This document shows positions 54,412-64,000 of a stretch of DNA of 64,000 nucleotides, one piece after another. Both the position numbers and the translations under genes were made by a program. Every line of letters begins with the position of its first letter. Position 1 is the stretch's first letter. This stretch comes from an uncultured Acidobacteriota bacterium (lineage in GTDB: Bacteria > Acidobacteriota > UBA6911): contig CAWJKZ010000012.1 of NCBI GenBank assembly GCA_963843575.1, positions 64,001 through 128,000 on the forward strand, given 5' to 3'. The notes under the pieces were generated by a model that did no database searches, was not told the DNA's origin, and saw only the letters and a list, made by a program, of their open reading frames with translations.

Positions 54412-54810
54412 TCAGGAGTTCATCCCCGGCGGCCGGGAGCCCTCCTCACGCATTTCCGACAGCAGAAGCGCCAGGCGCCGGTCCCGGGCATTGGCACACG
54501 GGCGGTCGCACAGCGCCAGATTCTCGATTTCGCGGCAATGTTGCCGGCACTCTTCGGTCCCGAACAGGCTGGGCCACCTGAACCGGCGCGGCTCCGACAG
54601 GAGGTGCCGCAACCTGCTGGCCAACACCGAGACACTGCTGCCGCAACTGTGTTCGAAGACAATCAGGTTGGCTGCGGGATGGGCGTCCATGACCTGTATC
54701 CCCAGCAACTTCAACGCGGGATCGAACACGAACTCCTGCCAGGTCCTCCAGGCACGCCCGCAGGAACCGCAGGTCCGGAACGGATCTCCGTCTACCGCTT
54801 TGCCGCTCAT
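54412..54810 (-). CDS. Cys-rich hypothetical metal-binding protein
   Basis: CGSC, HSC, CRQHC, CDRPC; TGCGATAAT just upstream. Confidence 0.65.
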   Translation of the reverse strand: MSGKAVDGDPFRTCGSCGRAWRTWQEFVFDPALKLLGIQVMDAHPAANLIVFEHSCGSSVSVLASRLRHLLSEPRRFRWPSLFGTEECRQHCREIENLALCDRPCANARDRRLALLLSEMREEGSRPPGMNS

Positions 54811-54820
54811 CGGTGTCGTA

Positions 54821-55603
54821 TTATCGCACTTTCCCCGGCCCGGGTCGAACACGAGCCGCCTCGTTCAGTGCGGCATCCAACCGGACCAGAATCTCCTCGG
54901 CCGTTCCCTTCAGCGCGAGATCCACCCCGCCCGAGGCCGGGGTCGCCTCCGGGTTGACCTCCACGCTGAAGGCACCCGCCGCGCGCGCCTCGTGCACCAA
55001 CCCGGCAGCCGGGTAGACTTGGGAGGAGGTCCCGATCGCCATGAAGACCCCGCACCTCAGCGCGGCGGCGGTCTGCTGCAACACGACCGGGGGAATGGCT
55101 TCGCCGAACCATACCACGCCCGGACGCGCCAGTCCCCCGCAAAAGGGGCAGCGGGGCGGGACTTCCGCCAGCGGGACACTCTCGTCGACCCAGCGTGGGG
55201 GAGACGCCGGACAGGCGTCCCAACAGCCCATCTCCCAGATCGAACCGTGGAACCGGATCACGTTGCGGGTGCGTGCCCGCTCGTGCAGCCCGTCCACGTT
55301 CTGGGTGACGAGGGTGAAACCCGCGAGGCGGCGGCTCCATCCCGCCAGCACCTCGTGCGCGTGATTGGGCCTGCACGCCGCGATCAGCTGCCGTCGCCAG
55401 TCGTACCACTCCCACACGAGGCGGGGATGCTCGGCGAAAGCCTCGGCCGTCGCGAGCCGCTGCGGCGAAAAGTTCCGCCACAGGCCGGCCGCTCCCCGAA
55501 ATGTCGGCACACCGCTCGCCGCCGAGACCCCCGCCCCGGTCAGGACAGTGACGCTCGAGGCCCCGACCAGCCGCGCCGCGACTTCGGCGATGGCATGACT
55601 CAT
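54821..55603 (-). CDS. cobB: NAD-dependent protein deacylase (sirtuin)
   Basis: GAGVSAASGVPTFRG, TQNVDGLH, HGS, RPGVVWFGE, GTS. Confidence 0.94.
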   Translation of the reverse strand: MSHAIAEVAARLVGASSVTVLTGAGVSAASGVPTFRGAAGLWRNFSPQRLATAEAFAEHPRLVWEWYDWRRQLIAACRPNHAHEVLAGWSRRLAGFTLVTQNVDGLHERARTRNVIRFHGSIWEMGCWDACPASPPRWVDESVPLAEVPPRCPFCGGLARPGVVWFGEAIPPVVLQQTAAALRCGVFMAIGTSSQVYPAAGLVHEARAAGAFSVEVNPEATPASGGVDLALKGTAEEILVRLDAALNEAARVRPGPGKVR

Positions 55604-56668
55604 CGGGAGCGCGCCTCGCGCTTCGTCCCGACCAGGTGGAGGTCCATCCAGTCCAGGATCAGGCGGCGCATCTCGGGAAGCTCGACGTGCGCGCAGTCGA
55701 ACAGCTCGACGGCGCAGTCGCGCTCGCGGCCGTGTTTGGCGTACAGCGGCAAAAGATGGTCACGGACGCGCTCCACGCCCGCCGGGGGCGTCAGGTCGTC
55801 CCGGCGTCCGTTGACGCTCAGGCGAGGCCGCGGAACGATCAGCTCGTTGATACCGCGCCGTGCTGAAATGGCTCAGCAACGCCGGCACGTAGTAGTAGAT
55901 CCCGTGCCCTTTCAGGTTGCCGGTCCGGATCAATTCGTCGAAGTCCGTCAGGCAGCAGACGTCGAGGCACAGCCGCACGCGCGTGTCGAGCGCAGCGAGC
56001 CACCAGGCCTTGGTCGCCCCCATCGACATCCCCGTGGTCCCCAGTCGCGCCGGATCCACCTCGGGGCGCCCCGCCAGGTAATCGAGGGCGCGGAGCTCGT
56101 CGAACATCATCATGCCCCAGAGGACCTGCCCCTTCCACAGCATGAGCTTGAAGGCGTCCTCTTCCCCGGTGCGGCCGGGATCGACCCGCTTTCGCTCGCC
56201 GAAACACCAGCTGTCGATCGCCAGCGTCACGATCCCCCGCGCCACGCAGTCCGGCGCATACGGGGGCTGCGCCTTTACCCCGACCAGCAGCTGTTCCTTC
56301 CCCAGGTCATACATGCCGCCGTGCCAGTGGATATAGAGGAGCCCGGGAGCCCGGACCGCGCGCCGATCGGGTATGAGCAGGAGCGCGGGCACGGGCTCCA
56401 CGCCGTTGAGGTCCAGGACCAGCCGCTCGAGCGTGTACCCGTCGTGCTTCTCCGTCTTGACGATCCTGGGCGGCGCCGGTTTGTAGTCCCACGGCAGTTC
56501 CCCCATCAGGCCCATGAGCTCCCGCCGGCGCTGCGTCTGGAAGGCGGCGAATTCGCGGCCCGTCATGTTCCCACTCGCGCGGCTTTGCCCCATGGATCTC
56601 CCCGTGGCTCCCGCGGCAGCCAGGGCCCCCGCGGACATCCTCATGAAATCGCGTCGGTCGGCGTCCAT
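55600..56668 (-). CDS. Tat-exported alpha/beta hydrolase (esterase-like), frameshift near 55850
   Basis: DRRDFM Tat motif, HWHGG, GMSMG nucleophile elbow. Confidence 0.85.
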
Positions 56669-56816
56669 CGACCCTCCGTTTGAATAGACAACTTATTATC
56701 GCACGGCCGCGCGTGGCAAGGGCTGCCCGCGCCGCGAAGCGGTTGACGCGCGGGCAGGACCTGGGCTCTAATACCATGGGATTTCGGCCAACAGATACCT
56801 GCCTGGACGGTCACCT

Positions 56817-57428
56817 GTGACGACGAACGGGCACACTACGGGGGCGGCAACCGCTGATCAATTCAGCCGCCGGGAGTTCCTGAGGATCGGTGGAGCATCG
56901 CTCTGCGCCTCGCTTCCGCTCTCCGCCACCCCGTGTCAAGCCGGGCCAGACGGCGTGCCCACGGACGAGACACCACCGGGAGAACTCGACATGCTCAAAG
57001 GAAAACTCATACACCCGCAGATTCTTGAAGCACTCGGACGAGCCGGCCACGGTTCCCAGATCCTCATCGCGGACGGCAACTACCCAGCGTCTACAAAGCT
57101 CGGACCCAAGGCGGCGCTCGTCAACCTCAATCTCTCGCCCGGCCTCGTCAGCTGCACCCAGGTGCTGGAGGCGCTCGTCTCCGCGATCAACGTCGAGTCC
57201 GCCGCAGTCATGGCGGTCCCAGCCGGCCTGCCGGAACCGGACATCTGGGCGGAATTCCGTCAGATCCTGAACAAGGCCACAGGCCAGCAACTCAAGCTCG
57301 AGGAGATCGAGCGGTTCAAGTTCTACGAAACCGCAGGGACTCCGAACGTGGCCCTGACCATCGCCACGGGCGAGCAGCGCATCTACGCCAACCTCCTCCT
57401 CACGATCGGCGTGGTCCCCCCCAGGTGA
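56817..57428 (+). CDS. RbsD/FucU family sugar mutarotase (core starts at 56991; possible Tat extension)
   Basis: MLKG...GHG..ILIADGNYP, ERFKFYE, IATGEQRIYANLLL. Confidence 0.88.
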   Translation: MTTNGHTTGAATADQFSRREFLRIGGASLCASLPLSATPCQAGPDGVPTDETPPGELDMLKGKLIHPQILEALGRAGHGSQILIADGNYPASTKLGPKAALVNLNLSPGLVSCTQVLEALVSAINVESAAVMAVPAGLPEPDIWAEFRQILNKATGQQLKLEEIERFKFYETAGTPNVALTIATGEQRIYANLLLTIGVVPPR

Positions 57429-58710
57429 TTTCGAGATTCCTCGAGCCCTTCGAGGCTTCGAGGTAAGCTTGAAAGTTCACCTCGAAGGCCCGAAGGGCTC
57501 GAAGAATCTCCAAGAGTGCCCGGAGTCTGCTGATCACCGCGAGATGACGGCCGTCGGGCGACAGGCTGCAGGCTTCCCCCTCTTCGCTTCGCCGTGCGGC
57601 CGAAATGCGCCGAAGGCCCGAGCCGTCCGGGGCGCCGGCGCCCACCTGGACCGTCCCGGGGACGGGCTCGGTGCTGAACAGGAATTCGTTCTGTTCCCGG
57701 TTCCACCCGAGCAGCAGGGCGTTTTCGGCCTCCACCAGGGGGACCGTCCGACACTGCTTGAGGTCGACGCGGAACACACCGGCCAAGCCCCGGCCGGAAT
57801 CGTCGGTGCCGGAGAAGAGGAAATAACTCGCGCGCGGGCCCCACAGGACCGGTGCGTTGATGCGGCCGCGGGAGACCAGCTCCGAACGGCCGGTTCGGGC
57901 GTCGAACCTCCTCAGGCCGTGCCCCGCGGATGCAATCCCCTCCTCCGCCTCCGTCACCACGAAGCAGGAGGAGTCCGGGGCCCAGAAAAGCACCGGAGCC
58001 CCCTCCTGGAGCCAGTCCGGGTCACTGAGGACAGTCCCGAGCAGGCGCCAGTTCCCGAACCCGAATTCCGAGACAAAAACGCTCCCGGTCCGTCCGTGGT
58101 CTTCGAACAGGAGAGCCGCAACCAGCTTCCGGGAAGGCGACGCTTCGATCGTGTACGCCTCCGACCAGCGCGGGAGAAAGGGCTCGTGCCGGCCGGTGTA
58201 CGGGTCGAAGACTTCGGCCGTCACCTCGTCGGCCCGGCCGATCTGGAATATGACGGTCCCCGGTATCGCCCCCCACGTAACCGAATGCCGCGTGAGCAGG
58301 GGCGTCACCTCCGGCGATGTCGTGCCCCTAGCCACTTGCCTGGGCTCGCGGCCGTCGGCTCGGACTACCCAGACGGAATAGGAACCGGCCTCGCCCGCCG
58401 GGTCTTCGGTGGGAACCAGGGTGAACAGGATTTCCTCGTTGAAGGGCGACCATTGCGGTTGAAGGCATTCCCAGTTCGGTCCGGGATCGAAGATTCTGGT
58501 CAGTTCCCCGGTTGCTGCGTCGTACACCCACAAACCCGACTCTCCGTCCTCCAGTGCCGACGGTACCAGGGCGGCCTTGGTGCCGTCGGGAGACCACGTC
58601 ACCAGGCACCCGGGGTCGATACGCTCGGGCCCACAATCGGAGGCCAGCGACACGGCCGCAAGCAAGACCACCAGTCCGGACCTTACCCACCCCTTTCTCG
58701 CGCTTCCCAT
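57400..58710 (-). CDS. Exported TolB-like/WD40 beta-propeller protein (3' end uncertain)
   Basis: Hydrophobic N-terminus, WSPDG, WSP, WAPDS, LSPDG repeats. Confidence 0.75.
   Translation of the reverse strand: MGSARKGWVRSGLVVLLAAVSLASDCGPERIDPGCLVTWSPDGTKAALVPSALEDGESGLWVYDAATGELTRIFDPGPNWECLQPQWSPFNEEILFTLVPTEDPAGEAGSYSVWVVRADGREPRQVARGTTSPEVTPLLTRHSVTWGAIPGTVIFQIGRADEVTAEVFDPYTGRHEPFLPRWSEAYTIEASPSRKLVAALLFEDHGRTGSVFVSEFGFGNWRLLGTVLSDPDWLQEGAPVLFWAPDSSCFVVTEAEEGIASAGHGLRRFDARTGRSELVSRGRINAPVLWGPRASYFLFSGTDDSGRGLAGVFRVDLKQCRTVPLVEAENALLLGWNREQNEFLFSTEPVPGTVQVGAGAPDGSGLRRISAARRSEEGEACSLSPDGRHLAVISRLRALLEILRALRAFEVNFQAYLEASKGSRNLEITWGGPRRS
57430..57513. repeat. 35-bp-arm palindrome of tandem TCGAG units between convergent genes
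   Basis: ttcgagattcctcgagcccttcgaggcttcgaggt / acctcgaaggcccgaagggctcgaagaatctccaa. Confidence 0.75.
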
Positions 58711-58781
58711 GCGACGCCCTCCGCTCTCTTTTAGGAACAGCGTCATCCGGCGGTAGGGATTTCACCTGGACTGGCGATTTT

Positions 58782-61250
58782 CTAATGCGCAACGCGGCGG
58801 ATCCGCCGGAGCGTCCTCGTCAACATCAGCTTGAGGGGCGAATAATTGGCGGCGGCGGCCATGAGTGCCCCGCCGGTGAGAAGCAGCACGACCGGCCAGA
58901 AGGGTCTCTGCCGGAACAGGTTCTGCTGGAGCCGGAACACCCCGACGGCAAGGAAGAGGAGCCCGGTGGCGAAGAAGTTCTTCATCTGTTTCGGGACGCT
59001 GCCGAAGACGAAGAGACAGGCGACGACGGGAAGCAGGATCTCGAAAAACCTGGCTTCGTGGCGCAGGGAGGGGTCCCCGGCAGCCTCTGCCCATCGGTGG
59101 GAAGCGGCCAGGCCCAACAACAGGATCGAGGTCAGGATGTGCCCGGGAATCACGAAACGGAACCATTGCGCCACCGAGCGCATCTGAGCGGTGCCGACGC
59201 GCTCGCTGACGCTCTGCATCCCGAGGTAGACTGCGGCATTGATCATGAACAGGTATTCCACCTGGCCGTGGGTGAGCGGGATCCAGTACTCGAGCCACCG
59301 TGCGTAAGGCTCGTGGAAACCCGCAACCCCGCTCAGCGCGACGAACGTGAAGATCGTGGCGATCGGGTAGAAATAGCGGGAATCCGCTTGATGCCGCGAC
59401 TTTTCGATGACGAAGGCCGCCACGAAATAGAGGGCCGCGAACGGCAGCAGCCGGAAATAGAGTTTCCCGGGATCGTTCTCGATCCAGTCCAGCATGCCCA
59501 TGCGCAGCAGCGTCACGAGACACACGGCGGCTCCGACGACCGAGAAGACCAGGGAGAAGACCGAGGCACCGGTGAACCTGCGCAGCTTCAGGTAGGCGGG
59601 GAGAGAGCATGTGAACGCCCACCAGAGTTGCGCGTTCGTGGTTACCCGCAGCGCGCCGCCGGCCTCCTCGCCCGCGGCGAACAGCGAGGGGAACAACTCG
59701 AGGCTCAGCTTGCCGTGGCTGAATCCTCTGAATATGCCCCACTCCTTCATCGAGACCAGCAGAGCCGCCGGAAGCAGCAGGCAAAAGGCGAGCAGGTAGG
59801 CGATCGCCACCCTGGGTTGTCCCCGCTTCCAGCAACGCAGGCCGACCAAGCCGGTGGGCACCGTCGCGGCCCACACGAGCGCGACGGCAGGCGCGCCCGA
59901 GAGTGTCGGGAAGCGAAACACGAGCAGCAGCGAGGCACCCAGGACGAGCACCCAGGCGCCGAGGTACAGGGCGACCTGGGAAACCGAGAGCCGCCGCACC
60001 TCCAGTATCCAGGCATCCTCCCGGTCCACCAGCCTGTCGTAGAGTTTCCGGAAGGAATCGAACTCGTAATTCGACAGGATGCGATCCTGCCTCCAGCCGC
60101 CCAGCTCGCGCAGGTGCTGCTCGATTCTACCGGTCATCATGCGCGAGAAGGATGCCGGCGCGGCCAGCACCGGCTCGTCCGTCAGAAACCGTTCGATGTC
60201 GTCGGCCAGCTCGCGCGCCGAACCATACCTGTCTTCCCGTCTCTTTTCGAGACACTTCATGCAGATGTTCTGCAGGCTCCCCGGAACCGCGGGATTGAGC
60301 CGGCGCGGCAGCACCGGATCGCGCTCGCAGAGCTGGCGCAGCTGATCCCGATAGTCGTCGGCATGAAAGGGGAGCGTGCCCGTGAGCAGCTCGTACAGCA
60401 CGGCGCCAAGCGAGAAGATGTCGCTTCGGGCGTCAAGACCCGGGTCCGCGGCGGCCTGCTCAGGCGAGAAGTAATCGGGCGTCCCCATGACTTGGCCCGC
60501 GAGGGTCACGCGTCCCCCGCGCTCGTCGACCTGCCGGGCCAGGCCGAAGTCCAGCAGTTTCGGCTCGAGGTCGGCCGCGACGAGAATGTTGCCCGGCTTG
60601 AGGTCGCGGTGAATGATCTGGTTGCGATGCAGGAAGTCGACCGCCACGACGATCTTGTGAATCAGCTCCACTTTCTGCTTGATCGTGAGCGCGCGGGACG
60701 CCTCGGTCAGCGGTACGCCTTCGACGTGCTCCATGACGAAATGGGGCATTTCGTCGGCTTGTCCCAGGTTATAGATGCGGACGATATTCTTGTGGCTGAG
60801 CTGCGCCATGGCGCGCGCTTCCTGCATGAACCGCGTCCGCACGTCGGCGTCGTCGACATATCTGGGGCCCAGGACCTTGATCGCTACGTTGCGGCCGAGG
60901 CCCTCATCGTAGGCCAGGAACACCCGCCCCATGCCGCCGCTGCCGATCCGGCCGAGGATCTTGTGGCCGGACAGGCGCTCGGGAAGGGGCTCGTCGCCGG
61001 CGCCCGGCTCTTGACTCTCCCCGTCGGCTCCGAGCGCGCTGTCGATGGCCGCGGCCGTCTGGAGGTCCACCAGCAGGTCGTCCTGCAGGTCGGGGTGAAG
61101 CCGGCAGAACTCGACCGGATCGACACGTCGGCCGCGCGCGCACAGGTCGAGGTAGTCGGCCAGTGCCTGCGCCAGTCGTCTCTCGCGCGGCGATGCGGGC
61201 GGTTCCTCTTCGCAACGGCCGTCCGGAGGAGATGGGTCCGCAGGGCTCAT
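58782..61250 (-). CDS. Hanks-type Ser/Thr kinase with multi-pass membrane C-terminal domain
   Basis: GSGGMG, VAIK, HRDLKPGN, DFGLAR, GTPDYFSPE; about 10 hydrophobic segments. Confidence 0.92.
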   Translation of the reverse strand: MSPADPSPPDGRCEEEPPASPRERRLAQALADYLDLCARGRRVDPVEFCRLHPDLQDDLLVDLQTAAAIDSALGADGESQEPGAGDEPLPERLSGHKILGRIGSGGMGRVFLAYDEGLGRNVAIKVLGPRYVDDADVRTRFMQEARAMAQLSHKNIVRIYNLGQADEMPHFVMEHVEGVPLTEASRALTIKQKVELIHKIVVAVDFLHRNQIIHRDLKPGNILVAADLEPKLLDFGLARQVDERGGRVTLAGQVMGTPDYFSPEQAAADPGLDARSDIFSLGAVLYELLTGTLPFHADDYRDQLRQLCERDPVLPRRLNPAVPGSLQNICMKCLEKRREDRYGSARELADDIERFLTDEPVLAAPASFSRMMTGRIEQHLRELGGWRQDRILSNYEFDSFRKLYDRLVDREDAWILEVRRLSVSQVALYLGAWVLVLGASLLLVFRFPTLSGAPAVALVWAATVPTGLVGLRCWKRGQPRVAIAYLLAFCLLLPAALLVSMKEWGIFRGFSHGKLSLELFPSLFAAGEEAGGALRVTTNAQLWWAFTCSLPAYLKLRRFTGASVFSLVFSVVGAAVCLVTLLRMGMLDWIENDPGKLYFRLLPFAALYFVAAFVIEKSRHQADSRYFYPIATIFTFVALSGVAGFHEPYARWLEYWIPLTHGQVEYLFMINAAVYLGMQSVSERVGTAQMRSVAQWFRFVIPGHILTSILLLGLAASHRWAEAAGDPSLRHEARFFEILLPVVACLFVFGSVPKQMKNFFATGLLFLAVGVFRLQQNLFRQRPFWPVVLLLTGGALMAAAANYSPLKLMLTRTLRRIRRVAH

Positions 61251-61847
61251 CTCTGCCCCCGTTCGTCGCGGCCTTGCGCAGCTGCGCGAGAGCGCGGTGG
61301 AGCAGGAGAGAGCACGGCCTCCCGCGGTTTTCCCAGGCGCTCGGCGATTTCCCTCGTCGTCAGGTCTTCGACCTTCGCCATCACGATCACCCGGCGGTAG
61401 TTTTCGGGGAGCGCGTCGAGCTGCTCCAGCAGGCGAACCAACTCCTCCTTGGGCGCAAGCACGCGGCTCGGTGTGAGGCTGTCGACAGGCTCCGGCCCAG
61501 CAGGATTGCTGGGCGAGCGCAGCGGGACCATCTCCCCGGCGCGGCGCTTCCCGCGTCCCTCGAAACGCGCCGCGTCGACGACCACGTGCTCCGCAATGCG
61601 GGCGATCCAGCGGAAGAAGCTGCCCGGCGAACGGTAGGTGAACTTGTCGAGCTCGCGGAATGCGCGCAGCAGGGTCTCCTGCAGAAGGTCCTCGACTTCG
61701 ACGCGACCCGCGTAGCCGCGGGCCGAGCCGGCAATACAGCAATGCCGTAAGGCGTGGCCGGTATTTCTCGAAAAGCGGGGTGAAGGCCTCCCGGTCCCCC
61801 CTCTTGATGCGTTCGATCAGGCTGAGGCTCGAGGTCGCGGGATCCAT
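61247..61847 (-). CDS. ECF RNA polymerase sigma factor (frameshifted)
   Basis: GDREAF..LFEKY, EDLLQETLLRA, SFFRWIARIA, LDALPENYRRVI...TTREIAERLG. Confidence 0.88.
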
Positions 61848-62036
61848 GAACAACTCGCGTGAGTGCTGCCACAACGTAGCAGCACCCTCCGGGGACAGTC
61901 AAAGAAATACGGATTGGGGAGTGCGGCGGCCCGGCGCACCGCACCTCGAGACTGGTATGGGCACCGCTATTCGGCGACTCCGGGGGGGCGCCGGGCATTT
62001 CGGCTGCAGAGCGCTTGCCGGGAAGCGGCGCCTGGT

Positions 62037-64000
62037 CTAGGCGCCACTTTCCGTATTCCGGCCGATCCCGGAGCTCATCTTCCTCTCGGCCTGTTCGCGT
62101 TCCGCCAGGAGTGTCGTCGAGATCCTGCTGGCGCAGGTTGGCCTCGCGGACAATCTGATCGAGGCGCTCGAGTTCTTCCCGATGTTGGGCCGCCAGAAGG
62201 GCAAGCCGGCTCTCGGCGATCTGACGCAGGCGTGCCACGCCGCCGTTGAGCATCTGGAGGAGGCTCTCGGACCTTTCCTGGATGAGCTGGCGATACCGCG
62301 CGCCGGTCTCGAGCATCTGGCGCCGCAACTCGTCGCTCGCGTCGCGGAGCCGGGCCGAGTCCTGTCTCTCGTTCTCCAGCATGGCCTGGAGCTCGACGGC
62401 ATCCTGCGCCAGCCGTGCCTGGGCGGATTCCGCCGAGGCGCGCGCTGACTCGACGGACGCAACCGCGGTGCGAAGCCGGGACGCCTCGTCCGTGAGCGCC
62501 CCGAGCCGGGCTTGGTCGGTCTGCCGGGCCTCCACCAGTTCCGCGTGGCTGACCCGCAGCTGCTCCAGGGCGGCGGCCAGTTCCTGGCCCGCGGCCGTGA
62601 GCTGCTGCAGTGACTCCTGTCCCCGCTGCGCTCGGCGCGCTCGGCGCGCAGGTCGTCCGCCAGCCGAGCCTCGACAAGTCGCGCGTCGCGCAGCTTCTCC
62701 TCCAGCGCGTCCCTGTCGGTCTCCGCCAGTATCCGCCCCTTTTCTATCTCCGCCTTGAGGTTCTCGAGCCGGGCAAGTTCCGACCCGGCTTGCTCCAGTT
62801 TCAAGGAGAGGTCAAACCCTCTGGCCTTGGTAGCCTGAAGCTCGCCCTCGAGGCTTGCCTGCCGTCGTTCGTGCTCCAGGCGCTCCTCCTCTCGGAGCCT
62901 GTCCGCTTCACGGAGCCGATGGTCCATGCCGCCGCGGGCATCCTCGGCCAGGCCGAGTGCCGCGCGCACGCTGTCGATCTCGCACCGCTGCGACTCAACC
63001 TGCAACGTTCTCTCCGCGAGCGCCTCGGAAACCGCCTTGAGGTTCTCATCATGCTCCCGGGCCACCTCTTCCGCGGCCGCCCGCGCGCCGGAGAGCTCGC
63101 TGAGAACCGCACACTTGGCCTGCTCCGCGGCTTCGAGCGAGGCGGTAAGTGCCGCGATCTGGGACTGCAGGTCCCGCAACCCCTGCTCGAGTTCACTGCG
63201 CACCAGTGTCGACGCGCTGCGCTCGGAGGCCAGCTGAGCGACGGCCGACTCGTGGGCCGAGCGTGCTGCGCTCAACGCGGTCTCGAGCCCTGCCCGACCG
63301 TCGAGCGCTTCCTGCAACCCCCGCTCCAGTTGGCGCCGCGCCGACTCCCACCCGGTCCGCTCGGTTTCGAAACGGCTTGCTGCGCTCTGCGCATCGGCCA
63401 GCAGCCGGTCGACCGCCGCTCGCGCATCGATCGCCTCCTGGAGACTCGCCTCCAGCTTCTGACGCGTGGCCGCCCACTGGGCCTTTTCCCACTCGGCCTG
63501 TTCGGCCGCGGCACGCCGTGCCGCGTGCTCGTCGTCCAGGGCGCTTTCGAGGGCCGCCCGCGCCTCGCCGAGCTGCTCCAGCTGGCTTTCAAGCTGCCGG
63601 CGCGCCTCGGTCCAGAGTGCACCTTCCGAATCCAGGCGGGCCGAAAGCTCCTGCTGTGCCGCCTGGGAGGCAGACAAGGCAGACTCGGCCATGGCGCGAG
63701 CCTCCGCCAGATCCCGCAATTCCTCCTCCCGCAGCCGGCGTTGCGCGAGCTCCGCCTCCACCTTGCCCGCCAGGTCCTGCTGAACGGCGGACGCGGCCGC
63801 GAGCGCCGACTCGGCATCCGCTCGGGCTTCCGAAACACTTCGCAGCTGGGCTTCGAGTTGCCGCCGCACCTCGAGATGCTGCGCGCTTTCCGCTTCGATC
63901 CGGCCGACGAGCTCCCGCCGGACAGCAGACGCCTCGTCCACCGCAGCTTGCGCCGCAGATCGTTCTTCCGTCGCCGTCCGCAGCTGCTCTTCCAGTCCCC
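62037..64000 (-). CDS. Long repetitive coiled-coil protein (5'-truncated, frameshifts near 62610 and 62120)
   Basis: Continuous Ala/Glu/Arg-rich heptad pattern with recurring EARA..ESAL and RRQLE motifs. Confidence 0.8.
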   Translation of the reverse strand, partial: GLEEQLRTATEERSAAQAAVDEASAVRRELVGRIEAESAQHLEVRRQLEAQLRSVSEARADAESALAAASAVQQDLAGKVEAELAQRRLREEELRDLAEARAMAESALSASQAAQQELSARLDSEGALWTEARRQLESQLEQLGEARAALESALDDEHAARRAAAEQAEWEKAQWAATRQKLEASLQEAIDARAAVDRLLADAQSAASRFETERTGWESARRQLERGLQEALDGRAGLETALSAARSAHESAVAQLASERSASTLVRSELEQGLRDLQSQIAALTASLEAAEQAKCAVLSELSGARAAAEEVAREHDENLKAVSEALAERTLQVESQRCEIDSVRAALGLAEDARGGMDHRLREADRLREEERLEHERRQASLEGELQATKARGFDLSLKLEQAGSELARLENLKAEIEKGRILAETDRDALEEKLRDARLVEARLADDLRAERAERSGDRSHCSSSRPRARNWPPPWSSCGSATRNWWRPGRPTKPGSGRSRTRRPGFAPRLRPSSQRAPRRNPPRHGWRRMPSSSRPCWRTRDRTRPGSATRATSCGARCSRPARGIASSSRKGPRASSRCSTAAWHACVRSPRAGLPFWRPNIGKNSSASIRLSARPTCASRISTTLLAEREQAERKMSSGIGRNTESGA

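Noticed and set aside
58782-61874. Apparent 1030-aa sigma-kinase fusion
   Set aside because: The sigma sequence changes frame after about 50 codons; the kinase starts at 61250, overlapping the sigma stop.

Overview
High-GC bacterial chromosomal window, mostly housekeeping genes; the gene content suggests Acidobacteriota or a similar uncultured lineage (inference). Many conserved genes (rho, moxR, pcrA, pat, nfo, hisA, hisC, pepP, ECF sigma) carry single-base frameshifts, most likely long-read assembly errors. Gene order: rho 3' end; a complete MoxR-DUF58-BatABCDE operon; oxidoreductases; a minus-strand block adenosine-kinase-like/Lon-like protease/moeA/moaC/glutaredoxin/FmdB/radical SAM/mutM/Zn-finger/hflX; glmS; radical SAM, HD hydrolase and pcrA; GNAT-acyl-CoA ligase; amino acid permease; nfo; FHA-GAF-PP2C phosphatase; truA; glgC; aroDE-thrB-his operon; pepP, dinB, cobB; a hydrolase; FucU; an ECF sigma/Ser-Thr kinase module; a long coiled-coil protein. 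The strongest hidden signal is an 80-aa glutaredoxin-like selenoprotein missed by the ORF track (15619..15861, minus strand): an in-frame TGA gives a UxxC motif, followed by a SECIS-like hairpin, with its own RBS and extended -10. Intergenic DNA holds several non-autonomous elements: two MITE families with TWA target duplications, two REP families (one degenerate REPIN apparently inside the batC reading frame), and tandem ~9-10-nt palindromes. No rRNA, tRNA, CRISPR array or transposase gene was seen.
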